A stretch of DNA of 64,000 bases from a virus, in IMG/VR virus record IMGVR_UViG_3300026078_000022, positions 38,002 to 102,001 of that record; one strand, written 5' to 3'. Within the stretch, counting starts at the first letter, position 1; every line of letters begins with the position of its first letter. Shown one piece after another: positions 1 through 9,376 of this stretch. Position numbers and translations under genes: made by a program. The notes below the pieces were generated by a model that saw only the letters and a list, made by a program, of their open reading frames with translations, did not search any database and was not told the DNA's origin.

Positions 1-341
1 TCGGCATCTTCGGCTCCTATTTTACTCAGGCTTCGGTTATAAACATCCATTAACTTTGAAATATCGTTAACGCCGCCGCCTGTCTGAGTAAGGGCCCTAA
101 TTCCGGCACCTAATCCCTTTCCTGCTTCGGATGTTAAATAATCTTTTGTAGCAGAAGGCATACCTTGTCCCGCTTCAGTTGCCATTATGTTGCGGTTCTC
201 GTAATATTCAGGCTGAATACCATACAATGCCGGATGTAGCCGCGACAATTCCCTACTAGCCTCTTTTTCTTTTTTGGCTCCTGAAATTAGTTGCCCAACT
301 CCCAAACCCGCTGTCGCTATGGCTCCTGCTGCTAAAGGCAT
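1..341 (-). CDS. Putative internal virion/ejection protein, N-terminal part (runs off window)
   Basis: Not in ORF track; ATG at 341 gives MPLAAGAIATAGLGVGQLISGAKKKKEASRELSRL..., open to position 1. Gly/Ala-rich N-terminus typical of podovirus ejected proteins; follows tail genes. Confidence 0.6.
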   Translation of the reverse strand, partial: MPLAAGAIATAGLGVGQLISGAKKEKEASRELSRLHPALYGIQPEYYENRNIMATEAGQGMPSATKDYLTSEAGKGLGAGIRALTQTGGGVNDISKLMDVYNRSLSKIGAEDA

Positions 342-342
342 G

Positions 343-798
343 TTAATTGCATTTTAAAATAAGAAATAGCTTTTTATCAAATTCCAACATCCTATCAAAT
401 TCAAATCCGGCTTTTATCAATGTTTTTAACGCTGGTTCATTCCTACAATATATTCCTGTTTTAAAAGGGCCATTAAACTTATGTCTCACTACTTGCCAGA
501 ACTCAGTCAAAAATGATCGGTTTCTAAATTCCTTTAAAACATGAAACCCTTCTAAAACCAATTCATCCATCAATGTTTTGTGATATACGAAATATGCCGC
601 TAATTCCCCTTCCACATTTATCACGTACATTACCGAAGTATCCGAAATACTATTTAATGTATCTTTTATGTTTTCTTCTACTGTTCCTGCGAACTTGTGT
701 ATTAATTTATGGAAGTTATCATCTTCACGTTCATAAAAATATTGAACAATAGCTCTTTTGTCGTCAACTTCAAAGCAGTATATCTTGCCTAAACTCAT
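343..798 (-). CDS. GNAT-fold acetyltransferase-like protein
   Basis: GFHVLKEFRNRS (motif A-like) and NEPALKTLIKAGF (motif B-like); position between muzzle and ejection genes is common in podoviruses. Confidence 0.6.
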   Translation of the reverse strand: MSLGKIYCFEVDDKRAIVQYFYEREDDNFHKLIHKFAGTVEENIKDTLNSISDTSVMYVINVEGELAAYFVYHKTLMDELVLEGFHVLKEFRNRSFLTEFWQVVRHKFNGPFKTGIYCRNEPALKTLIKAGFEFDRMLEFDKKLFLILKCN

Positions 799-1123
799 TG
801 GTACTCAAAAATATGTTAATTTCTTCATTTATTGCATTACTAAATGGCTGAAATGCAGGTCTTAAAACTTCCTGAAACTTCACTGCATTTTGTCCATTAT
901 TCGATAATAATATGGTAAAAAACCCAATAAGCACCCCAGTTGTAGCGGTAAAAATCTTGTATGGTATCACATTTTCGGTAACTTTTGCTACTTCTGCATC
1001 CGTGTAAGTCTTTATTACTGCTCCTATCTGATTTTTTATAGTAGGGATATTTGCCCGATTTTCGATGATCGTTGCCGGTATAGTTCGTTTATAATCAGGG
1101 TCATATTTTATGATATACAGCAT
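770..1123 (-). CDS. Hypothetical protein (possibly degenerate GNAT-like)
   Basis: Coupled to neighbours; GVLIGFF...VLRPAFQ resembles GNAT strands. Confidence 0.5.
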   Translation of the reverse strand: MLYIIKYDPDYKRTIPATIIENRANIPTIKNQIGAVIKTYTDAEVAKVTENVIPYKIFTATTGVLIGFFTILLSNNGQNAVKFQEVLRPAFQPFSNAINEEINIFLSTNEFRQDILL

Positions 1124-4100
1124 TATTTTTTCAGGTTTCCAGAGCTAGTAAATAAAAAGTAAGCCCCTTTAAATTCATTGTATTGATTTAGGTTATTCAA
1201 ATCCATTATAAACCGGCAAACAAAGTATAACCCGATATTTCTATTGCCGTCCAGCAACATACTTCTGAATAATTCATCCGGTGATATGGGAGGATAACTA
1301 TTTGCATTTCTTAAAACGGATGCAAAAAATAAGTTCTCTTTCTTCTTAAATTGATTCAGAGACAGCCACGAATAAGAGTTATAAAAATTTGAATAAATAA
1401 GGTCTAGCCAGAAACAATAAGGATTACTATCTATTGAAATGGATTGTAGGATTTTATTGGTATCGGGGGCCTTGTTGAGAACTCCAATAAAATTAGGAAT
1501 TACCTGCTGTCCATAATATTCGGCAAAACTTTCACTGCCTGAATTGTGATAATAAGGAGAGCCCCCCGCAAAAGAAACCAGTTGAACGCCTGATTTATCC
1601 CCTTTTAATACCGCGTACGATTCCGGGACAAAGCCGACTGATCTTACCCATCTACCCGTAGGAATATTATATACAATGGTTTCCTGATGTTTTAAATCCC
1701 AATTGAACCGATTGTTTATGTATGAAGTTAGATCATTTGAATTGTTTCGACGGGGCCGGAAAGAAACATATACATTATTCCTATCCATATCAATGCCTGT
1801 CATTACATCGAATCTCTTTTCTTTTTCTACGCTTTTATTCCACGACTTTATAAACTTAGTTTTTGATATAAAATATGATTTCACATACCCTTGCGCCCCA
1901 CTTTCTGCATTAAATTCTGTAATGTCAATAGCACTTCTGTAATCACAAAGTATAAATGCTTCGTTCATTCCATCGTACCAAAACGCATATTTATCGTAAA
2001 ACAAAACACTTCCTGTATCCTCAAAAGATACTCCATATTCGCTACCTAATTTTTGATGTGGCTCACTGAGTTTATCATCCAGATTAGCCACTTGTACCCC
2101 TTCAGCATTAGCGAATATGTATTGAAAATTAAAGTTCGTGGTGAACCAATTATTTTCACAAAGGAACATTACAATACTTCCTTGCGTTTTCATGGCTACT
2201 ATACCACCCCATGAGAAACTTTCTTTGAATTGCTTTCTGTTTTCTGACCGGAATATACCTAATCCATTTAAAGCACCATCCGATATGAAATTATCCCCCT
2301 TTATCACATCTAGTGGATACCATTGTTGCCGGGCATTATCATTTTTAACGTTTTGACGGCCACAACTACTACAGTTAGCGCCCCAATTGTCGCTTATGTT
2401 AGCGCTTTCAAAAGGATGATTAAAAAATTCTAATCCCACATTGGGAATAGGAATGTTTCTTGTCAGGAAGTAAGTATCCCAAAATTCCAGATCAATGGTA
2501 GCCGGGAAATTGTATAAGGGAACATTATTAACGTCATAGCCGGTAAATATGGCTATCCGGTTATTAATGATCGGCCAAAAACCTGCTACTTCACAATAAG
2601 GTATAGTTTCTGATTGTTGTGTAGGTGTGTATATTTCTATCCAAAAACCATTTTTATTGAATACTTTATTAAGTCGGAGATCATATCTGACAATAAGCGT
2701 AATTGATTTATTGTTGGCAATTGTTGCTTGTGAAGGATTCTCCACCGCCGTAGTGGGTAATATACCTGCATTAACGGCTGCCTGATTATAATTAGTACCT
2801 AAAATCTGAACATCAATCGGATCTCCATTAGTGGATACATCCAATAAATGACCATCTCCATCGTCCAAAATCCTTAACCTGTCTCCTGTTACAAATTGGT
2901 AATTTGATAAGGTTGTGAAGTTTCGAGCAATATTATAATTGTAAAGCGAATCAATGGCTATAGAGCAAAACACTGCCGTATTAGGATCATTTACCACATT
3001 TCCACTGCTATCAATAAAACTGATGCTATCGCCAACCCATTGTATATATTTTAAGACACTCAAATTTTTAGATACAGAAAAAGTAAACCATTTAATGTCT
3101 GGGTATGCTGAAAAATTCAGTGCATTAGAAATTACCGATTTAAAAAACGTAGCTTTAACATCATCCCTTTCAAGGAAAGACGGCACAGCAACATCTTTAA
3201 TCACATTAACGAACATTAATCGGCCAGCCAAATCAGCGCCATAGCATCCTACCGAATATTTTCCTCCTTCTTTTAATGAAGTTTGTGATGAAGTTTGAAT
3301 ATTTATTGATAAGTTAATTGGAATAGGATAATCCCTTATCTGACAATTAACGCATGGCGATAATGATTCATCAAATAAAAATAACGGGATGTTACCGCAG
3401 TTGGATATTGTTATAATATATGAACCACCTGCATTTATATAAATGTTGTTTACTCTATTACCTTGCTGTCCATTATGCACAATTAACGTGAATGTGCCAT
3501 CTTGCTTACTGCTTACTGTACCACCACCAACTATAGAAACGGATATACCTGAGTAATCAATTGTGCCATCCAAATTAGTTATCTTACCTGATACTACTAT
3601 CCGGTTACAATCTCCTACTACTCCATTATTGTAATCAGTCAGATATGCCGGTGAATTTTGACACCATCCTATTCCTGATCTGCTAGTTACAATGGTAAAG
3701 TCAATTGGATAGGCACAGTTTAATTTAGTCTGATTAAACTCAATATCTACAATATCTGCATTGGACGCTTTTGTATACGCAAAATAAAACCCATTTTTGT
3801 CCGTAACCATCCCTCCATTATCTAAATCACCATGATTCATTGTATATGCAAACGATTCTATAGGTATAGGATCATTTACTGATTCAAAAAAATAGCCCTC
3901 TATAAACCTAAATTTTTTATTTCCTTGTTGCGTTATATAAGGACAATAAACATAGAACAAATCACTTCCGTTCCCCCATACATCTACGTCTGCGCCTGTA
4001 CAATCAATCTCCATTTCTTTTGAATAGGTAACTACTCCTGTATTGGGTACGATAGATGTATTATTGCCTGATATTATCGTTGTTGACCTTGAATTAGCCA

Positions 4101-5817
4101 ACCCCAATATATACGTACTCTTGCTTCTATAATCACCCGTACTTGCTACATTATGTCTTCCCAATGTAGCAATATATCTTCCGGCAGGAACTATAAAATC
4201 AAACACGCATACAAAATAACTTCCACTATCATATATAGTTTGAATAGCGGTTTTACTTTCGTTTATTGTTAAATCGTATGGCGCTGCACTAACTTTACTC
4301 AATGTAAAATTTGGTGCAACCTGATACCACACACCATCTGAAAAATAAGGAGTACCTTTTAAATAACAACGAAGTGCTTTTTTATCTGCAAAATTCAGGT
4401 CAAATGTTGTAGTTTCAGTTTGATCGAATGCGATATTTCCACTTCCAAAATCTATACCTCCGAATCTTACTGTTGTGTCGCTACCTAGAAAATAAGATAT
4501 TTGTGAACAAAAATCAAAGCTATCCGCGCATCTACCGATATAAGCATATAATCTTATTTTTCTTACCGGTACATTACAGCCACTTGTTTCTTTTTCCTGA
4601 ACTACTATATCTATATTATTTGTTATTTCACATCCGAAATTTGGGTACCCATATCTATTATCCCCAAAAGCAATTGAATCTCCCAAATCTGTCATACCTA
4701 CGCTTAATTGCGGCAAATCATTTTGCAGTCTTAATGCGTTGGGCTGATCTATTATTTCTGATACTTTTGAGAAATCGAATATGTAATCAATAGTATTAAG
4801 CGTAGCATTATAATTATAATTTGACCACGGATTTACTCGTAACCAATAATCAGTCCCTAATATCTCATTGGGAGATAAACCACACGTAGAATACTTGTAA
4901 ATCGTATCATACAAAAACCAATCACCTCCGCATTGTCTTACATAAATCCTAATTTTCTCAGTCAATGGCGAACCCGCATCCATTGTTATTTTACCGTTCT
5001 TAGGTAATTGATCAGGATTATTAAGAAAATCCTCTGATTTTATTATCAGAGGTAATGAATAAGGAGACAAGGTAGTATATCTACCATCTGTATTTACTTT
5101 ATCATAGGCAAACTGAAAAGACTTATCAATAAGACGGTTAATTTTACCAGTGTCCTGATTTGTATTTGGGATAGGCACTACCACCGGTTTGTACATTGGG
5201 GGGCGTACTGCTAACTCCAAATATTCCCTACGGTCGAAATGAGGCGGTTGCAATTTCCAGTAATGGAATAAAGATGCATTAAAACCATTTGTTTTAATAG
5301 CTGCTACTACATTAATAAATCCATGCCAGTTTTTGCTATCAGTCCATGTGAGAAACTTTTCTACTACATTTCCATGCTTATCGCTTACTGTTCTTATTTT
5401 AACCCGGTGATCTGAAATAAAAGCATCCTGATCATCTCTAAAATTAAGTTCAGGATCTATTATTATTTTAGTCCATGTTAATTCATTTCCATCTACTGAA
5501 TAAATGCCATGATTACCATTTCCGTTGAAATTGAAACAGAATGTTTCTTGTGTTACTTCAGAAAAGTAGTTACCAACGTTTTTATTATACCCATCCGGTA
5601 GTATTACGTTCGGAATAACAATATTACTTCTACCGGGGCTTAATACCAGAAAGTTTTGTCCTTCACCTGTTCCGTTATCTGTGCCCAATCCTAATGCGGG
5701 ATTCCCATTCACGTCCCACGCCATATCCTTTATGAAAGGGCTCTCATTTGCCTTAATCTGTGTGTAATCAGCGTCGAGATTAAGAAATATAGGTTTTATT
5801 CCGTCTTGTGCCTGCAT
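1123..5817 (-). CDS. Tail stabilisation/muzzle protein (crAss-like, P22 gp10-like)
   Basis: 1564 aa, beta-rich; C-terminal FKKKENLFFASVLRN...G..NIGLYF pattern; lies downstream of ring proteins. Confidence 0.7.
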   Translation of the reverse strand: MQAQDGIKPIFLNLDADYTQIKANESPFIKDMAWDVNGNPALGLGTDNGTGEGQNFLVLSPGRSNIVIPNVILPDGYNKNVGNYFSEVTQETFCFNFNGNGNHGIYSVDGNELTWTKIIIDPELNFRDDQDAFISDHRVKIRTVSDKHGNVVEKFLTWTDSKNWHGFINVVAAIKTNGFNASLFHYWKLQPPHFDRREYLELAVRPPMYKPVVVPIPNTNQDTGKINRLIDKSFQFAYDKVNTDGRYTTLSPYSLPLIIKSEDFLNNPDQLPKNGKITMDAGSPLTEKIRIYVRQCGGDWFLYDTIYKYSTCGLSPNEILGTDYWLRVNPWSNYNYNATLNTIDYIFDFSKVSEIIDQPNALRLQNDLPQLSVGMTDLGDSIAFGDNRYGYPNFGCEITNNIDIVVQEKETSGCNVPVRKIRLYAYIGRCADSFDFCSQISYFLGSDTTVRFGGIDFGSGNIAFDQTETTTFDLNFADKKALRCYLKGTPYFSDGVWYQVAPNFTLSKVSAAPYDLTINESKTAIQTIYDSGSYFVCVFDFIVPAGRYIATLGRHNVASTGDYRSKSTYILGLANSRSTTIISGNNTSIVPNTGVVTYSKEMEIDCTGADVDVWGNGSDLFYVYCPYITQQGNKKFRFIEGYFFESVNDPIPIESFAYTMNHGDLDNGGMVTDKNGFYFAYTKASNADIVDIEFNQTKLNCAYPIDFTIVTSRSGIGWCQNSPAYLTDYNNGVVGDCNRIVVSGKITNLDGTIDYSGISVSIVGGGTVSSKQDGTFTLIVHNGQQGNRVNNIYINAGGSYIITISNCGNIPLFLFDESLSPCVNCQIRDYPIPINLSINIQTSSQTSLKEGGKYSVGCYGADLAGRLMFVNVIKDVAVPSFLERDDVKATFFKSVISNALNFSAYPDIKWFTFSVSKNLSVLKYIQWVGDSISFIDSSGNVVNDPNTAVFCSIAIDSLYNYNIARNFTTLSNYQFVTGDRLRILDDGDGHLLDVSTNGDPIDVQILGTNYNQAAVNAGILPTTAVENPSQATIANNKSITLIVRYDLRLNKVFNKNGFWIEIYTPTQQSETIPYCEVAGFWPIINNRIAIFTGYDVNNVPLYNFPATIDLEFWDTYFLTRNIPIPNVGLEFFNHPFESANISDNWGANCSSCGRQNVKNDNARQQWYPLDVIKGDNFISDGALNGLGIFRSENRKQFKESFSWGGIVAMKTQGSIVMFLCENNWFTTNFNFQYIFANAEGVQVANLDDKLSEPHQKLGSEYGVSFEDTGSVLFYDKYAFWYDGMNEAFILCDYRSAIDITEFNAESGAQGYVKSYFISKTKFIKSWNKSVEKEKRFDVMTGIDMDRNNVYVSFRPRRNNSNDLTSYINNRFNWDLKHQETIVYNIPTGRWVRSVGFVPESYAVLKGDKSGVQLVSFAGGSPYYHNSGSESFAEYYGQQVIPNFIGVLNKAPDTNKILQSISIDSNPYCFWLDLIYSNFYNSYSWLSLNQFKKKENLFFASVLRNANSYPPISPDELFRSMLLDGNRNIGLYFVCRFIMDLNNLNQYNEFKGAYFLFTSSGNLKK

Positions 5818-6959
5818 TATGAAAACCAGTCATTTTTGTGGTGATGTTGATAATAAGAGGGCATTTTAACCGGGGGTGTTGTTATCATTTTAAGTTCTGC
5901 AATCCGGTATTTATTTAGATCACCTAATAATCCCCATTTCTGCGCTGCATATTTTCGCTCATACACCATTGCTAATTGTTGTTTGTCGTCTTTATGCGAA
6001 CTCGCAAACCATTGCAACCCGGACATAAAGCATTCTTTAGCCATGTACGGGATCATTAGATTTTTCAACTGAATATCAGCAAAATATCTAACCATAACAT
6101 GATCGAATGGGAAATCATGTGGTAATACTAATCGGTTGCCAAGTTCATTTAAGTTATAAATATTACGGAAATCTATTCTACCATGCAAATGACTACCGCA
6201 CTGAATACCAAACCAATCTATTTTTGATGAACAAAAGTACCTCCATGTATCTACATTGCGATTGCCACAAAATGATTGTGCGTTACCACCAAACGGGATG
6301 CCATCTGTTTTAATTCCACAGGCATGACATAAGGCATCTACATTGGCATCCGTATCACAACAACAACCATTATTATCTACATCTACCTTACACAGTTTTG
6401 TATTTTCTGTTTTTAATATCGTGTTTGTCCATATTCCATTTGTGTAAACTCGTTCAGGGAATTGTGTTTCCTGATAAAAAAAACCCTGTGGATCAATATA
6501 CTTACGATCTACACAAGTAAATGAAATATCATTACCATTAGGTAATTTATCTGTTTTTACTGAAGTGATAGCCTCATATCCTTTTATAGTATTACAAAGT
6601 TTATAACCACACTTAAATTCGCAGGCGCAATCTTTGGCAGTTGAAATATCTACTATATCATCCGTAATTCTTTCGTTCCTCCATACCGGCAGAAATGCTC
6701 CTGTTCCATCAATTACATTTACGGAACATAATCTAAGTGCATCACATGGTAATTCAATTGAATTGGTTCTTTTATTAACTTTAAATTTTGATCGTACTGG
6801 AATTTTTACCCGATCGAATATCTTTAATGAATCTTCGTTTAAATCGTTATAAACGTCTTTACTACAGTTCAGATATAAACCCTTATTACGCTGTAACGTG
6901 TCTCCGCTTCTTAAACAAAGATCCTTCACAACCGAAGTTATATGTTCAAATTTTGGCAT
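5817..6959 (-). CDS. Tail ring/adaptor protein with Cys-rich insertion
   Basis: IELPCD...VNV and VRYFAD....LMIP motifs typical of ring/tubular proteins; about 19 Cys. Confidence 0.55.
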   Translation of the reverse strand: MPKFEHITSVVKDLCLRSGDTLQRNKGLYLNCSKDVYNDLNEDSLKIFDRVKIPVRSKFKVNKRTNSIELPCDALRLCSVNVIDGTGAFLPVWRNERITDDIVDISTAKDCACEFKCGYKLCNTIKGYEAITSVKTDKLPNGNDISFTCVDRKYIDPQGFFYQETQFPERVYTNGIWTNTILKTENTKLCKVDVDNNGCCCDTDANVDALCHACGIKTDGIPFGGNAQSFCGNRNVDTWRYFCSSKIDWFGIQCGSHLHGRIDFRNIYNLNELGNRLVLPHDFPFDHVMVRYFADIQLKNLMIPYMAKECFMSGLQWFASSHKDDKQQLAMVYERKYAAQKWGLLGDLNKYRIAELKMITTPPVKMPSYYQHHHKNDWFS

Positions 6960-7628
6960 TTATATCTGGCTTTGCTGTTCTTGTAATCTACGTTTCAATT
7001 CCAATACATTCTTATCGTAACTGTTATCTACCACTTTTACGGGGAATGGCTTAACTTTCAATGATACTCCTAACACCGTATTAGCTACGTCCATTGCCTG
7101 ATCTAAGCTAACATCAATATCCGGTGAATCATAAGTGGTTTCTATATCCAGAGCTGTTATGCATGGCGGCAAATGATATGCATTAATTCCTTTTCCTTTT
7201 ACCACATAGAATTTAAAAAAATCATAATCGCCGCTCAAATAAAAGTTTTCTTCTCCGGGACTTACTTGTGATAACTCAATACTATCATCACCTCCTGCGC
7301 ACCCATCTGCAACGGGATAAATGTTTGTGAAATGCATGTTTTTAGGAAGCCTGTATAAATCTACATCTCCCATATCAGCCCGCCTCATGCCTCTTTTATC
7401 GGTATCTGTTAATGCAAATCTTTTAATTGAAAGTATTTGAGAATAAAAATAATACTCCTCCCCATCCAATGACTTCTTACTTCTGAAGTATTGTTCACGC
7501 ATCATTGCAGATAAGGCGGCTTTTGCATACTGCATCATATCTGCTTCAGTCAACGTCTGATTAGTTGCCTTTGCAGAACCGACTTGGTAGAAGCGCCAAA
7601 TCACCTCAGAAACGGTCTTTAACGTCAT
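6960..7628 (-). CDS. Tail ring/tubular protein
   Basis: Size (222 aa), helical N-terminus, position in tail cluster. Confidence 0.5.
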   Translation of the reverse strand: MTLKTVSEVIWRFYQVGSAKATNQTLTEADMMQYAKAALSAMMREQYFRSKKSLDGEEYYFYSQILSIKRFALTDTDKRGMRRADMGDVDLYRLPKNMHFTNIYPVADGCAGGDDSIELSQVSPGEENFYLSGDYDFFKFYVVKGKGINAYHLPPCITALDIETTYDSPDIDVSLDQAMDVANTVLGVSLKVKPFPVKVVDNSYDKNVLELKRRLQEQQSQI

Positions 7629-8273
7629 TTATGACATATTGTTTTTATTGTAATAATATTCGCATGTTTGTGCGAACGATTTTCTTCTTAAATGATCCGT
7701 TATAGCTGTAGCATTCACATTAAACAACCTTGCCCAATCTTGTAATATCATTTTTTTACCATTGTATTCTAACCATTTATTATTTCTTCTATTACCTTGT
7801 TGTTGTTGTTCTGTTGCCCATCTAACATTATTTGGTTCGTAATCTCCATTTACATTAGGGTACCGATCTAAGCTATGTTTTGCAGTTGGTCTATCGCCTA
7901 CATCTTTATAAAAATTTTCAAAAGATTCAAGCCAACGATCACATACCTTTATACCTCTACCTCCATAATTATTATATGCAGGATTATTTTCATTATAGCA
8001 ACGACTTTTAATTGCTAACCAACAAGTATATTCAGGAGTTGTTTCTTTACCACTATTCCCATGAATCGTATTTACCTTAGCTGCTATTTCTTTATGTAAA
8101 CAACCACAACTTTTAGTCAACCCTCTTTTCAAAAAATTACCATATACAATAGTTTCATTACCGCATTCGCACATACAGAGCCATCTTGTACCTTGATTTT
8201 TCGCATGTGGGCTTTCTGATATAACTAGTAATCGGCCATACTTTTTACCTAATAAATCTGATTTTTTACTCAT
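7629..8273 (-). CDS. HNH-type homing endonuclease
   Basis: DLLGKKYGRLLV, WLCMCECG, KSCGC, YGGRGIKVCDRW, SLDR...NGDYEPNNVRWAT motifs. Confidence 0.9.
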   Translation of the reverse strand: MSKKSDLLGKKYGRLLVISESPHAKNQGTRWLCMCECGNETIVYGNFLKRGLTKSCGCLHKEIAAKVNTIHGNSGKETTPEYTCWLAIKSRCYNENNPAYNNYGGRGIKVCDRWLESFENFYKDVGDRPTAKHSLDRYPNVNGDYEPNNVRWATEQQQQGNRRNNKWLEYNGKKMILQDWARLFNVNATAITDHLRRKSFAQTCEYYYNKNNMS

Positions 8274-8276
8274 GAA

Positions 8277-8642
8277 TTATAATTTCTTATACATAAAATA
8301 ATTCAAATACACAAGTATAAACATATCAAATATAAAAACCAATATCTCTATTGGATAGAAACCAAATATGCACAATACAATAGGCCAGTAAGTTAATGCC
8401 CCTATAACAGAACTTTCGCATTTTACACATCCCCACAATGGCCGCGTCCATTCTTTACCTTTATGCTTCTCAAAGAATGAAGGAGATATACTATAAAATA
8501 TATTTCCCGAACATTTTTTGCCAGTATTAATATCATCCACACAACCGCCTTCAAAACAGGTATGCCAACCGTTTATCGCCATGCTTTGAAGCACCACAAA
8601 TATTAAAAATGAAATTATGTATAATATTAATTGCTCAATCAT
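8277..8642 (-). CDS. Membrane protein with CxxC motif (DUF1360-like; holin candidate)
   Basis: 2-3 hydrophobic segments, PLWGCVKC motif; start taken at MIEQL, overlapping the upstream stop. Confidence 0.5.
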   Translation of the reverse strand: MIEQLILYIISFLIFVVLQSMAINGWHTCFEGGCVDDINTGKKCSGNIFYSISPSFFEKHKGKEWTRPLWGCVKCESSVIGALTYWPIVLCIFGFYPIEILVFIFDMFILVYLNYFMYKKL

Positions 8643-9373
8643 AGAATACTTTTTTGTGAAAGCACAATACTCCATTCCTGCAATTCCCTATCCTTAGCAT
8701 ATGCCGAATACAAAGACATTAATCCATTAAATAACGGAGTATAACTAGCGTTAGTCCATTCAGATTCTGTTGAACCGTCCGGATTAAATAAAAATGTATC
8801 ATCAGGTTGAGTAAAATAGTTGTAAACTACAGGCGTTTCTTGTTTACAATATAATACATAAACAGTGCTTATATCATAAGGACATACTTGCAATTGTTTA
8901 TTACCAATAAATCTACAAATAGGATTTATTAAGGTAGGATAATTGTAAGTACTTGTTGTTTTATAATCAAATTCGGATTGTGGTGTAATAATTACGGGCC
9001 TCGTTTGGCACCCGCGTTTTAAATTTTGAGTTTTAAATTCTGCTTCTGTATCAATTATGATAGGTGAACTACAATCAGATCCATCTGGCTTTAATGAAAT
9101 AAAAGGATTACCTAATAAATTCCTGAAATCATCAGGAAGTTGTACAATCCCATTTTTTACAGGGATTTTAACAAATCTCATAAAAGGCTCTATCATTTCC
9201 TGAATGTCTTCCCTCGATGGATAATATTTGCACAACTCAGATAAGAGTAAACTTGTTACTGCATTATATTGATCGCTATAAATTTTAGGACTATAGAAAA
9301 AGTTCTGATCTTCCGATGCAACCGAAAGAATAGACTTCAACATTGGGTCAAGTTTCACCTTATCATTTGCCAT
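8639..9373 (-). CDS. Tail ring/adaptor protein
   Basis: VQLPDDFRNL and YVLYCKQ..P motifs of the ring protein family; position. Confidence 0.55.
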   Translation of the reverse strand: MANDKVKLDPMLKSILSVASEDQNFFYSPKIYSDQYNAVTSLLLSELCKYYPSREDIQEMIEPFMRFVKIPVKNGIVQLPDDFRNLLGNPFISLKPDGSDCSSPIIIDTEAEFKTQNLKRGCQTRPVIITPQSEFDYKTTSTYNYPTLINPICRFIGNKQLQVCPYDISTVYVLYCKQETPVVYNYFTQPDDTFLFNPDGSTESEWTNASYTPLFNGLMSLYSAYAKDRELQEWSIVLSQKSIL

Positions 9374-9376
9374 ATA

